DNA of 63,712 nt, the filler included, from Perkinsus chesapeaki ATCC PRA-425 (lineage: Eukaryota; Protista; Perkinsozoa): the NCBI GenBank assembly GCA_013115145.1. It is 6 parts of 6 records of this genome, joined end to end, with 100 filler letters (N's around TTAATTAATTAA, not from the genome) between each part and the next. Parts side by side here need not be neighbours in the genome. Positions count along the whole stretch, not along the records: positions 24,087 to 47,658 come from JAAPAO010000561.1; positions 47,759 to 58,892 come from JAAPAO010000858.1; 4 more parts are not named here. One strand, 5' to 3'. The notes beneath the pieces were generated by a model, which was not told the origin of the DNA, made no database searches, and saw only the letters and a list, made by a program, of their open reading frames with translations. Position 1 is the stretch's first letter; each line of letters starts with the position of its first letter. Below, piece by piece: positions 45,251-57,622 of this stretch. The position numbers and the translations under genes are program-made.

Positions 45251-47658
45251 CTAAAAGTTATATGCGAAGACCTATAAAGTTCGAGCACTGTAATAAGTCA
45301 TACTCTGCAAGAATAGAAGTGCTTCCGAACTGAATGCAATATAAACGAAATATATTTATGACAGCAATCACTATTCGAAGTGTTCGAGTGATAGATGGAA
45401 AATAAATGCATGGAGCTAATTACCAAGCGAGTCACCTAAAAGTAATATGTGAAGATAAAAGTTCCGCCGGAGAATCGCTAGAAATGCTTCCGAATTGAAT
45501 GCAATATAGACGAAATATATTTATGACAGCACTACTACATTTCCATTGATTATTGTAAAAGTGATAGATTGAAAATAGAACAGGTACTAGAAAAAGCATA
45601 TCTGCTACCGTGGTATGTGATAATAATACAGCAGCAACTATACATAGATATCTGTAGTAAGTCATGAAACGGTTGATCTATTTAGTGGAATGTTAGTGTT
45701 TCTATTAGTCGCAGTACTCATATTTGAAATATAAAGGTAAGACACTCATGATTGAGAAATGCTAAAAGTAGGGAATATTCTATCTTATTATTGTGTTAAT
45801 TATAGTGACTATGGAGGCAGTACTCCACTGTTATTGTCTTCACTAATGAGATCAAATATTGGCATCAATCCAAGTTGACTCAATGAACTCGGTACAAAAG
45901 GATAACGGTGCGTGCGGACTAGTTTAGAATAAAAAGAGACTTGGTGTGCCATTGGGCATATTACTAGTCCAAAGGGAAATACTGCATAATAGTCGCTTAT
46001 TTCATGGAATATTTTCCAGTGGAACTTCGAATGCAGCAGTTGCAAACGAAGCAGTTATTGCAAAGAGCATGCTGGCTGTCTCAGGAATCAAGGCAAAGCC
46101 TGTCAACCTTCAAGCAGCAAGACGTGACTTGTCCCATTTATTTCTTGTTCGAATGAGGAAAGTTCCAACATGAGGTAGTTATCACTTGGCACTATACTCT
46201 CGGGCAGTTTGCAAATTGACTTTCAGTTTGCGTTTCGCAATTCTAACGGACACTCGCCCCAAGCTGCTGCGAACAACAGTAGAACCGCCCATCATTACAT
46301 TCGCCCCTTCTTCAAGGACGCCGTCTCCATCTGATCTAGAGTCTCCTCGGGTAGCACTCTGCTGGCCTTGCGCGTGCGAGCGCTGCCACCAGAATCCTCG
46401 CCTCCTGATGATAAGGGGGAGTCTGCCAGGCTTGTAGAGTAAGGTACTGGTTGGTATTCCCGAGCTGGCATGGTAAATTACAGACTAACAACTGACCAAC
46501 ACGTAATAGCCTTTCTGTTATTTATCGGAAATGTTATCTGACACAAGGCCAAGTTCCCTGTATGAAACCTGAGTGCGCACTACTACGGCATCTACTGTAT
46601 AATGTCGCCGCACCAGAGGATCAAGTTGATCCGATCAACACAACAGTCTGAGGTTCTAAAAGTGAAGTTGTTAAATTAAGAGCCTCGCAGACTCATTGAT
46701 GTAGGCATAGATCTTGGGTATTGATCTCGATCTTTCTTCATTTTACTCATTTCCTGTACGTGTCATTTACAGCTCAGCAATAGGACCTACTGCCAGCCTA
46801 CTGAGTAGGCTGAGGCGTTCGAAACGCCTCGTTTCCCAGCCTGCTATGTTCCATCTAATTAAGCCCGGCGAAACTTTCCCCCAAACGTGAAATATCCCCA
46901 GGCGTATCATCCAGATGTCACTTCAAAGAGAAGGACTTGATGGATAATACACCATAATGACCTTAATTCGTGAAGTATAAAAGATAATATCATAGATATC
47001 ACCTTTATATAACACTGATAAAGCCATAAATACTTGGCCCTCATTGAGGGCCCCTCAATCAAACGTTAAAATGCTTGCCCCATGTCAATTAAACACACTC
47101 TCTCTGTCTCTTTGGACATCCAAGAGTCGTCGATCTTGGAGAGCGGCCTACCAAGTGCCCACACCACATGAGGCATGTGCGTAATGTAGTGATCTGGGCC
47201 GTCAGCTAGTGATGGCTATCAGTAAATTGACGTTCAAACATCACTTATAATGCTTGAAGTTAAAACTTTATATTTTAATTCGTGTCCGGTTTTGTCACCT
47301 TGACAGAATGAGTAGCCACGCTTGATGTATTATCTTGAAAAGTAAAAAAAGAATGCAGATATTTCAGATTTTAAATGCCGAAGTCCGAGTTCTGGCAGCG
47401 GCTGCCACACAGCCCTTACAGTAGAATCCCTTTTCATCACGATCCTGATTCTGATCATGAGCACCGATCGCCAGTCCCATATCCTTAGCAACTGCATAGC
47501 ACGATAATAAGCGTTCAAACTGGACTAGAAAAATGTTATAATTAATAGGACCCTTATTATAGGTCCAAGAAACAAAGAACGGCAATGAAATCCCAAAGGC
47601 GCGGGAGTATGGGAGAAGGCCAAACCTGAAGCCCGGACGCCAAGTCCAATGCCTCAGG

Positions 47659-47758
47659 NNNNNNNNNNNNNNNNNNNNNNNNNNNNNNNNNNNNNNNNNN
47701 NNTTAATTAATTAANNNNNNNNNNNNNNNNNNNNNNNNNNNNNNNNNNNNNNNNNNNN
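47659..47758. other. Artificial assembly spacer
   Basis: 44 N + TTAATTAATTAA + 44 N. Confidence 0.97.
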
Positions 47759-48035
47759 TAACTTGGGCCCTAAAGGGGAGGTTCCCATCATTATGAGTAA
47801 TGTTAATTATGTGCGTCCAGATAGCAAAGGCAAGAAATGCTCGATTATGATCGTGAAACGAGATCGTCCTTTCTGGGTCCTTCCCGGTTCGGTTTTAATC
47901 GGGTATTACTTCGAGTTTCAGATAGATAATGGACGAGTGGGAATTGCTGAAACTGTTACTCAAAGTACTTCCCTCCGTCACTTCAACGGGTCGGTATTCG
48001 CCGGATCTCCGAATGGTGCAAAGTTATCTATTTAG
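47759..48035 (+). CDS. C-terminal fragment of a pepsin-like aspartic protease
   Basis: CSIMIV...FWVLPGSVLIGYYFEFQIDNGRVGIA resembles the A1-family tail W-I-L-G-x-x-F-L-x-x-Y-Y-x-x-F-D-x-x-x-x-R-V-G-F-A. Truncated by the spacer. Confidence 0.6.
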
Positions 48036-50093
48036 TCAACCTCCACTTGGGCAGGTAGATGCCTTAGCTGATATGATCTGACCATAGACTAAGGACTCGA
48101 CCAGCTTCCAAGTCTTTGAACTATTCCACTCAGATGTATTATCAATCTTTGTCTCTTCATATGTCTGCGTGCTCAAGCGCACGAGTGCTTCGCTCGGGCC
48201 GAGCTATGGCAGTCGTTCATCAACACAAGTGTTACGGTCGTAGGCAGGCCCTTGTAGATAGGTTAAGGTGCTTCGGTTTGTTGAATCCTATAACCTATTG
48301 AATCAGAAGTATTGATAAGTCCTTTTCCTTTTTGAGACCTTAATGGCTCAGAGTTCAGTCCAGAGTGGCAAACAGGCAGATGCGTACAACTCCTACCCAA
48401 GTCTGATTCTGTTTTTGTAGACCGATCACAGTTCCTACCCAAAACCCATCAACCCGACTCGTCCGTGAGGGACGTATCGGGATCGTGTCAGTTCGAGAGG
48501 TATTAATCCTACTATTTCCGGAAGTACTAGTCAACTGAAGGAGAACAACTATAAACAGGATAATCAAGTTGGCCCAGGTTGCCTGGTTAGGCTAGAGAAG
48601 GGGGCGCGCGGGACAGCGACACAAGATGTAACCGCGACGATAGTCAATACTGTCGAGTCAACAGTGAGGCTCATTCATCCACTAGTTTCGGTACCGAACG
48701 TTGAGAGTAGCCCCTTACGATTGTGCTGCCTGTCGCTCAATTCTCACTGTTTCATAAACCAGACAAATCTGTTAATCTATTCGGAAAAATTACCGATGTC
48801 GCCACCATCATGATAGAATCTATCAACTATCCTTGCGTCATCCAATCGGGTGCGCAACCTACTACCGCTTGAGCCCCCAAGTGAGCTCACCGGTGAGGGC
48901 ATTGCCGTCGATTTGGGAGCGGAGCATGATGTCCTCTCAGACAGATTGGTCTCGGGTGTCACAGGAACTGTTTCGACCTCGATAACTGTCACGCCTTTGA
49001 AAATCTCGCTGCTCGGCGTCACAGTCGGCAATTTCGCGGCGAGCGGTCGGGAAGAACTGGTCGTGGTTGAGGATCGATGTTGTTCTGTCGATAATACTGC
49101 TGATGGTTGTTTCCAGCACGCTGAGGTGGGTTTAGAACAATGAGGACCTTGACCTTGCAGCTGAGCCAGTTTGCCAGGGAGAGCTTGGAACCCCGTCGAC
49201 TGTCTTGCGCTGATGACAAGGCAGTCTGGTGAAACCAACTATTCAGCGATGCTCCATGCATTTGCGTACTGCTAGTGTTGGTAGGTGAAGTTAACATGTC
49301 CAGTCGCTGCTGGCGGCTGAGACTTCCCCAATGGCCCGAAGACTGACCACAATTGCGCTACACGGGGAACCAGTGTAAAATGATAAACAACTAGCAAGCG
49401 TGTTACAGTGGACACCACATGCGAATATCAACACGTTTTGCATCTTGTCGCTCGACTCATCGAACCAGTACAGTAAAAGCTTGAAGAGGCGAAGGCAAGA
49501 AATTTATGTATTTATTAAAGACTTGTTAAAATTAATTTTTGTCTAGAAATAGAAGTGACATCATGTACATTGATACTTCGTCAAGTTGAAGAGTCGGCCA
49601 ACTAAGTGAGGTAGCTCTCTGTTGGGATGTTCCTTCGTGGAGGGTGCTATTAGTCGAAAACCCTCCAGCAAGGACTTGGTTCATTATACGGTTACGGGTT
49701 GCAGCCTGCGATATTTACATTTCGCAAGATATGTTCCGAAAGATGATCTGGGAGCAATTATGATAAGCTACGTGCTTTCATGCAGTTATAATATACCTAT
49801 ATCATATACATACCCTTAAAAAATACAAGCCATGAAGCAGGACGCCAATTTACAGCAGCCAGCTAAAGACAGTAAACATGCGTTTGGATTATCATCATAT
49901 ATACCAACTGTTGCAATAAATTAGCGCCAATAGAAGAACGGCCAGCGCTAGGATACATAAAGTGAATGTTAGAGGTAGATGTTTGAAAGGTACTGGTCTC
50001 CGTACGCACCTGTATCATACTGTTGTCATCTTCGCCGCTGTCCTCCATATCATGCACTCCTTCATTTTTCGTTTCCAAGCACCCCTAGAAACA

Positions 50094-50191
50094 CGTAACT
50101 TTGGCAAGTTAACTAGTCTTACGTTCATACGGGGAGACATCTCGGCGGCGCTCTCGCACTCGGCCGAGCTCCAACCCTTAAAACATGCCAT
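50094..50191 (+). repeat. Dispersed ~90-100 bp repeat, copy 1
   Basis: Shares CGTAACTTTGG, CATACGGGGAGACATCTC, TCTCGCACTCGGCCGA, CTCCAACCCT and AAACATGCCAT with 53733-53821. Confidence 0.8.
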
Positions 50192-50647
50192 TTAACCAAC
50201 TGGATCTGGCTCTACTGGAGTAAGCACTAAATGATGTCTTAGCAGTGATAATCGAAAAAGTTGAATAAATTATACCAGACCACGCGCCGAGTGGCAAACG
50301 GAATGATCATTTACACTATGCAGGTTGAATACTTCCGTAAGAGCAAGTTTCGAGCAATTTTCGCGGAATCCGCATTCGTAAGCTTCAGCACCTTCGTGTC
50401 CAATCACCCGAACTACTCAGCCAAGGGAAACCGAGATAGGATTGACAAACACTAGAAGACACTGCTAGCAGCAGAGAAGGAAATCGCAACAGGCAGTTCA
50501 CACCACAGTTGCCAAGTTAAACAGACAGCTGTAGCGGAGATGGCTACTAGGTGTTCTCGGGGGAAGGCCACCGCTGCTACCACTGGGTTGTCGAATAATG
50601 ATGCGACCAGTAAGGGGCGGTGGTGGCGGTCAAGTGAGCATCTTCAC

Positions 50648-51599
50648 TTATCCGATGTTGAGGCGGAAGAGATCGTTCATGCAGTAGAAGCCTCCGGTGG
50701 TCGGATTGGGTGCAAGATGGAACACCTACAGGAGCAGCATTAGAACGACAATCAGGCCGTGATGACGAACACAGCGGGAAGTATTTAAGACGGAGAGATT
50801 ACAAGCTCTCAAGTTGCATTCCTGAGCGTTCAAAATAAGTTGGAAAAAGGAGGCCAGAAAAATGATAGGAAATATGTACGCAATGTAACAAAAATTATTA
50901 TATAATATTCAAAGGCAATAAATCGATAATACTGCAGATTATCGTATATGTTATTATACAGCTGTAATATTAGCGGTCAAAAGGTAACCTCCTATAAGAA
51001 CTTAGCGAAATTAAACGCAGTTTTAATGAGACATAACACGATTAACTTTTTATCATACAATAAAGATTAAAGGACAAATCATATATAAACCAGAAAAAAC
51101 TACGGTAATTAATTCAATATTATCGAGCATTGATGCTATATAAACAAAGGGTTGATGACATCCCATCCCATGATGACGACGGATGAAGCCTACCTGACCG
51201 AACTTGAGGGGGTTAGTGTTATCGTCCACAAACAGATTGCCAGTAACGAATACTATAACACCATTATTGGACGGGTTGGGCTGGCAATCGGCTTTGATGA
51301 TCTAAAAGCACCACCGGCATTAGCTCTAGTCGAAGGAATGAAGGAGCTCACTTGATGCCTGACCTTCTGAAATGGAAGGCTGGCAATCTTTTGAACGATG
51401 CTGCCGGCGCCTTGGAACTGCTCACCCTCGAAAGTCAACATAGAAGTATCTGAGAATAATGATAATGATACCAATATAGTGAAGGTAAGATACCTCCGTA
51501 AAGAGGACCGAGTTGACTTCGGTTTGCGTCGAAGGTCTGGTAGTACTGCTGCACGAACTGGTCGCCTATGGCTTGAAATTGTGGGTTAATCTGAGCCAT
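50648..51599 (-). CDS. NTF2: Nuclear transport factor 2 (4 exons)
   Basis: Spliced MAQINPQFQAIGDQFVQQYYQTFDANRSQLGPLYGDTSMLTFEGEQFQGAGSIVQKIASLPFQKVRHQIIKADCQPNPSNNGVIVFVTGNLFVDDNTNPLKFGQVFHLAPNPTTGGFYCMNDLFRLNIG*. Confidence 0.95.
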
Positions 51600-51961
51600 T
51601 ACGAATAATAAGGTTTATAAGGAATAAAACCTGCAATAACCAGCTGCACGCTGTATACAGGTTGGCAGGACGCACGGTTCACCCACAAAATCGATCACAC
51701 GCTACCAACTTGTCAAAATTTATTATCGCATGAAACGTAACTTCTTCTTGGCTTCAACTAACCCTGTCAACGTAGTGAATATCATTCCAGTCCCAATCGA
51801 GTAAACAGGGTCAAAGAAAAACCTGCAGCTAGCGTAATCGCTCGAGATAATTTTTCTGGCTTTGCACAACCCGGGAATATTTTGCTCAGTTTGTGACGTT
51901 TTTACTCCTCAATAATCGCTAGAGATCTTTTCGCACTTCTGAGTATGTAGCATGGCGGGAG

Positions 51962-53050
51962 ATGAGTTTGGATCTCAAGGCGGCAGCAAACGAGCTACGA
52001 GAATCTGGAAAGGCATTTGACCCTCCTGCCCCTCACGATTTGAGGAAAAGTCGGTATGATACAACCTTACCGCGCACCAACGGTTTTTCGAGGCCCTTAA
52101 GCACACTGCAAATGCTCTCTTGGGGGGTATTCGGGGTAGATGTGGTCCTAGCAGCTACTGTAATGTTACCGCTCTGCCTGGCCGACGGTCGGTGGTATAA
52201 TTTGCTTATTTTTACAGTGTGGATTGCCAGTGCTATTGGCATGATATTATCAGCCTATAAAGCTACTGCGTGCGATCCTCGCGACAAAACGGTCTCCTTG
52301 GAAGGCTCCTCCTCCTCGTCGACCGATTCAAAGAGGTTCTGTCATCTTTGCAGAAGGCTCGTCAATATCGATGCCAAGCACTGCCGGAAATGCGATAAGT
52401 GCGTTGGAGATTTCGACCACCACTGTGAATGGCTCAACAACTGCATCGGTCGATCGAACTACATCCTGTTCATCTACGCCACAGTCGCAGCTATCACCTT
52501 CACGCTAGCTTTAACGACCTTCTCCCTAGTAGAACTAGGCTTTGTCATCGCAGAGGGCTCTATCAGTAGCGTTCAACGCTGGCGTCAAGTTTACAGTAGC
52601 GTCACCGAAGAGACGGTTATCGGGTGCTCTTTGCTGATATTGGCTCTCAATCTGCCTCTGGGAATATGTACATTACAGTTGGGGCTTTTCCATGCGTTTT
52701 TGGCTTATAAAGGCCTTACCACATACGAGTATATTATGTATAAAATCAACGGAGAGCAGGCGGAGCGAAGCACTCCGCCGCAGGGACGGAAAGTCTGGAA
52801 GCGCTTTCAATCTCTGCCATCTCTGTTCGATTGGTTTGTCTTCGCGGGATCGTCCAGGCGGAAAAGGGACGAGCCGAACGAAATACGGAGAAGTCCTCGG
52901 CTGCTCGCGGTTCCAATCGACAATCGAGATGGCGCGGCAAGTCGCTGCAGCAGCAGAGGTAGCTCTCGAGTGGCAGATTCCATCGAGGTCGTTATTGGCA
53001 CTCCTACTAATAGGAGAAGTGAGGAGGAGGAGGAACAAATTAAAAGTTGA
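51962..53050 (+). CDS. DHHC palmitoyl acyltransferase (intronless)
   Basis: FCHLC...AKHCRKCDKCVGDFDHHCEWLNNCIGRSNY Cys-rich domain, four TM segments, LTTYEYI motif. Confidence 0.95.
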   Translation: MSLDLKAAANELRESGKAFDPPAPHDLRKSRYDTTLPRTNGFSRPLSTLQMLSWGVFGVDVVLAATVMLPLCLADGRWYNLLIFTVWIASAIGMILSAYKATACDPRDKTVSLEGSSSSSTDSKRFCHLCRRLVNIDAKHCRKCDKCVGDFDHHCEWLNNCIGRSNYILFIYATVAAITFTLALTTFSLVELGFVIAEGSISSVQRWRQVYSSVTEETVIGCSLLILALNLPLGICTLQLGLFHAFLAYKGLTTYEYIMYKINGEQAERSTPPQGRKVWKRFQSLPSLFDWFVFAGSSRRKRDEPNEIRRSPRLLAVPIDNRDGAASRCSSRGSSRVADSIEVVIGTPTNRRSEEEEEQIKS

Positions 53051-53547
53051 TGATTGCTCATGAAGTTGAGTGTAGAATATTTTGTCTTGAAGTTAGTGTT
53101 GCTGTTATAACAGTAAGGGCCAGAAAATCGCAGGCGGGATCTCTTAGAGAACTGGACTGTTGAGGGAGCACTCTTTAGGCTATATAATGAAGATATAGAT
53201 GATACGGGTTATGGAGATATATAACTATGCACTTATTAATAGGTTAATATTATGATTATTAACCTATACTGATATGGCCCATATCATATATATAGGTATA
53301 TGTCATGATAGCGATATAATACTAACCGTGTCATATAGGTATGGATGAACTGTGCTGCCATATAGCACTACCAGTGGGCTGTTTTATCGAGAATTTCTTC
53401 AGCCCTATCAAGGGGGAGTCTCCTTAGGAGACCTTGGATGCCTGGAGAGTCGATTTGGTTCCCACTAGGAGCATTTAACGTTCTTCCCCGGTTCAAGCGG
53501 CACAGTATTATTCTGTCGCTCTCAGCCTTATTGTTATATATTTTTCC

Positions 53548-56079
53548 ATGCCCTCAAATCGCGACTATAACCATCTTTTCAAATTAGTCCTGATTGGCGA
53601 CTCTGGTGTGGGTAAATCCTGTTTGCTCCTACGGTTCGCTGATGACAGCTTCACGGAGAGCTACATAACAACAATTGGGGTGGATTTCAGGTGATTAAAC
53701 GACCTCTTGATCGTCAAGCACCACTATAAACTCGTAACTTTGGAGACTTAACCAGCATACGGGGAGACATCTCAGCGGTCTCGCACTCGGCCGACCAACT
53801 CCAACCCTCGAAACATGCCATATTAAGAGATAAAAAAATCTTAAAGTATCATCAGAATCGATTTCTTGGGGGGCACTGCTATCAGTTAGACATATTACTA
53901 TGCATTATGAACATTAGTGCTTTGTCGTGCTCGTTATAATGTGAATCACATTAAGTGGTAAGAAATGAAATAATGTCCGACAACATCACCCAGGTGAAAT
54001 ATATAACTTATAATGCACTTTCCGTAGGTTCCGGACCATACCAGTCGGAGACAAGACGGTTAAGTTGCAGATTTGGGATACGGCAGGACAGGAAAGATTC
54101 CGCACGATCACGTCTGCGTAGGTCTAATAGGTGGAATCTTTATAGTGCGGTGCTGGTCGGTCAGAGATATCTTTTTGTGGGGTCGATGCTAGAAGATTAG
54201 TTTTGGCAAATAATTACATCTTACTTGAGAGACCACGTGTGAAGTTCACAATCCTGAGTAGTCGGCCCACCGAGGATGGTCGAGCTTGGGGGTCCATACC
54301 GGGAGCTCGGCTTAGCTCCGAACTCGCTTCCAATTACTTGATAATATTAATACTTCATGGCTGATCATTTCACAGCAGCAAGTTTTGGAAAAGTGACGGC
54401 TTTTCGGGTCGAAAAAATGCATTCTGAAAATTAAGCGTTTTTGGGCAACAAGAAAGTGTTTAAAATAAAATTGATAACTGAGGAGAAGCTTGCGGCCCTT
54501 TCGGAGGGTGCCTTGAAGGATAATGAAACGCTCCCTGTCAGATTGCCACTAGAAGGCATATTACCTACCAAACTTGAAGTTGGCTTGAAAGTTTGAAACT
54601 TTCCCCGGCGACTTTAAAACTGAGAAACAAGAATCCACCTTCCGAGCGTTTGAATGTCGCACGCGTTGCTACTCTCGAACTACTCGTGAATACTTTACCT
54701 CTTGAAAGAGTTGTTATTCAAACAAGTACCTCTACTAGAACCCTGTAGCCAACCCCCGGAACCCGATATAGTCTATTTCTGGGGCCAGGGCAAAACTTCG
54801 GGAAAATCCTTCCAAATTTTTCCGTAGAATTTTCTCCCGGTCCTCTCAAATTTACTTTATTTTTTCATTTCTATTTCGCATATATTCGGTTGTTGTTCAT
54901 CATTTGCAATGAATCAGATACTATCGTGGAGCTGACGGCATTATGATGGTTTATGACTGCACTCATAGGGAGTCATTTGACAACATTGACAGCTGGCTCA
55001 GTGAGGTCAACCGGTAGGTGACAACAACAACCGCCGCCGACGGTTAGAAGTAAAGTTTCAACATACGGATGTTTTTGAAAATTGTCGAAGCTCGGATCGA
55101 TCCCGTGGCGTAATCGATGTCTCAATTTTCCTGACCATCATGACTCTTCTATTATGAAATGTATTCTCTCCATTTACGGGATTGAAAGTCTGAAATTCAG
55201 CAACAGCGGGAACGTGGGAGGCCGGAACCGCCGAGTAGCAGCTGGCGAACTGTGAATTACGAGTGTTTGGGAAATCTCCTGTCATTGCTCAGTTATGCGA
55301 ACGATTCCACAGTGAAGATCCTTATTGGCAACAAATCTGATTTGGAGGACGATCAGCAAGTGACCGCCGAAGAGGGAGAAGAGAAGGCAAAAGCGTTGGG
55401 CTTCTCTGGCTTCATTCTCACCAGCGCGAAGGTGCGGCCGTTCCCTCCACTGATGGGAGGTTTGCTCAGGACTCTTCAAACGTGGAGAAGGCATTCTCGA
55501 TGGTATCACAGTCACTTATCGACACTCGGGCGGCTGAGGCGAGGAATAGCTCGGGAGAGGGAGGGCGACAGCCTAGTGGCGGGGTGAGAGAAGAGCGCAG
55601 GTTCGAACCTATGTGGGCGTACTTTGGAGCTCATAAGGAAACATCGGATCTTCCCGGAGGGAATACGATGTATTGTATAATATTTGTATTTCAATACAGT
55701 CTATGATCTTTTACTCATTAAAAATGTATAAATAATTTTAAAATGTATTAACATCTAAAATCGTATTAAAGCCTATAAAACGTATTGAAACTTTTAGAAT
55801 GTATTAGAGCTTTTATAACCGTATCAGAGGTTGTTCCAAAATCACACTGGAGCCTACAGGTTATACGTCTTGTAGGCTACGAAACTTGTGGAAGCTCAAA
55901 GTGTAGTTGAAACGTATTTGGCCGTAAAAATCCCGTTCTGCCTCCATACTCCTCATCCGAGGAACGCATTTCTGTGAGGCTAAATGGGTCCCTGGAAGCA
56001 CTCACGCTTTCAGGTTATGCAACTACGCAACGGCGGGTCAATGTCAAGCTATTATCCTTCGAATTGCTGTGGACAATGA
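53548..56079 (+). CDS. RAB1A: Rab1A GTPase (alveolate/SAR-type Rab1 paralog), 6 exons
   Basis: [51 protein letters not shown]...[23 protein letters not shown]...IGNKSD...[13 protein letters not shown]. Last exon (56014-56079) [21 protein letters not shown] supplies the prenylation motif. [13 protein letters not shown] and TSAYYRGADG resemble Plasmodium Rab1A rather than canonical Rab1. Confidence 0.88.
53733..53821 (+). repeat. Dispersed repeat, copy 2 (Rab1A intron 1)
   Basis: Similar to 50094-50191 with small indels. Confidence 0.8.
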
Positions 56080-57179
56080 TTGATGGTGGTGTCTCGTTTT
56101 ATTTGCATTTTTTCACTTTTTAATAGTGGACTTGAGTTACAGTAGGATGCCTTTAAACATATGTGTCGCTAGTATAATTGTGGACCAAAATTTATAAGGC
56201 AGATCCGACGGGTGGAGAGAGTATATTACACACCGTTCATCAACTTTTGATAAGACTCTATCATGTGCTCAGAATCTGCGTAGACAATACGAAAAGCATG
56301 CATGATCGTTGCAGATTATCTCTATAATACATTAATACATTCGGTTGAGCTCAGCTCCACGGTAGAAAGTTTAAATACTCAAGTGTAGTAGTAAAGTTCA
56401 TATGACATCATTCACTTTCAATTATTTATAATGTGCCAAATTATGACTCACCAAATAAATCATTTCTGTTTTAACATTCTAGATTGGGATGTGAGTAGTG
56501 AAGGTGCATAGCAAAAAGGTTAAGTGAAAGCTGCTCGTATTCAACTTATAAATCGATTGTTAAGCAGCTCGCATTCTACATGACGCTAACTACTCAACTG
56601 CTCGATTACATTGTTAATAGTAGATGATATACACTCATGGACACTAGTATAAATATAGGAGATAGTATAGGAGAAACGGTGCCAGTCAAGCGAACGGTTC
56701 CCGGGTTAACAACAACCCGGTAGGAGCAGGAGTCCCGCCCCAGGGAGAATGAGCTCGATGTGTCGTTTGGGTCCAGGAACATATTTCCCATTTTATCTAC
56801 ACCCCGCCAGGAGTACTTGTTGTTACCCTCCGAGGAACACATTTCTGTGAGGCTACATGACTCCCTGTTCACAACCGTTTTTCATGTCGCAATTGTGTGC
56901 GCTATTCCTTCTTGTGTTCATATGAGAGTAAATATGTTAATTTTAACGGAATTGATTTATCAAATTTGATAAAGCCTCACACGGAGAGGAGTGCTAAATA
57001 AAGTCTCAAGTGAAGGACGAAATACCGACTATGCTCCTTCTAGCCACATTGGTCGCTCCTCGGTGATGACCCGCGGGCAAAACGGACAGAAGTTGAGCTC
57101 GCTACGTTTGAAACGTAACGTTTTGTGGCGCGTTGCTCAACAGAAAGCTCATTAGCTGAGTCTTACATAACTCACCATC

Positions 57180-57622
57180 ATGGTTCATCCAGCAATCTGC
57201 CCGACATGCGAGCATTCTCACTCCCAGCAAACCGTCACAATACACTCTACAAATCACCACGCAGACTTCCCTCCACGGAACGATCGCGCAGGAGTACTCA
57301 TCTCAACCGCCGACCATCCACTGGTAGCGTCGTAGAAGATTCTCGGTATAACTGATCTCAGAATATCAACGATCTCACCGCGTCAACGAGAGACCCTCGT
57401 TCGGCAATTGTCGATGCTGCCAGAGAAGCCTATCACACTCAGCACGCCGCAGTGGAATTAGCGAACCATTCCGATAACAAGATCATTGCCAAGCTCGCCC
57501 AAGCAGTAGCTAACTCAGCAAAGCAGTGCGAGCACCAAGCGAGACAGGTGAATAAGCAACATGAGTTGCTGCTAGGAACTCTGTTTATGGCGACGTGTAG
57601 GTTAGGTGAAGGAGGTTTTTGA
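57180..57622 (+). CDS. Hypothetical two-exon protein
   Basis: MVHPAICPTCEHSH...DHPL, GT-AG intron, then NINDLTASTRDPRSAIVDAAREAYHTQHAAVELANH...GGF*. No family recognised. Confidence 0.3.

Noticed and set aside
46794-46840. Possible hammerhead ribozyme (CTGA...GAAA with hairpins)
   Set aside because: The conserved CUGANGA core is absent (CTGAGTA, CTGAGGC) and GAAA lies within a stem.
47330-47520. AYYRAMQLLRIW...IVMKRDS as a possible SPX-domain C-terminal helix for the transporter
   Set aside because: Similarity is weak, and I could not build a spliced path linking it to the transporter exons or find the MKF-type SPX start.
48777-49238. Overlapping 153-aa (-) and 97-aa (+) ORFs
   Set aside because: Low-complexity Ser/Thr-rich sequence and its antisense shadow. 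I could not decide the coding strand or recognise a domain.
55956-56867. ~39-bp direct repeat (55956-55994 and 56829-56867)
   Set aside because: Looks like a short duplicated fragment of a neighbouring minus-strand ORF. It is too short and isolated to call an element.
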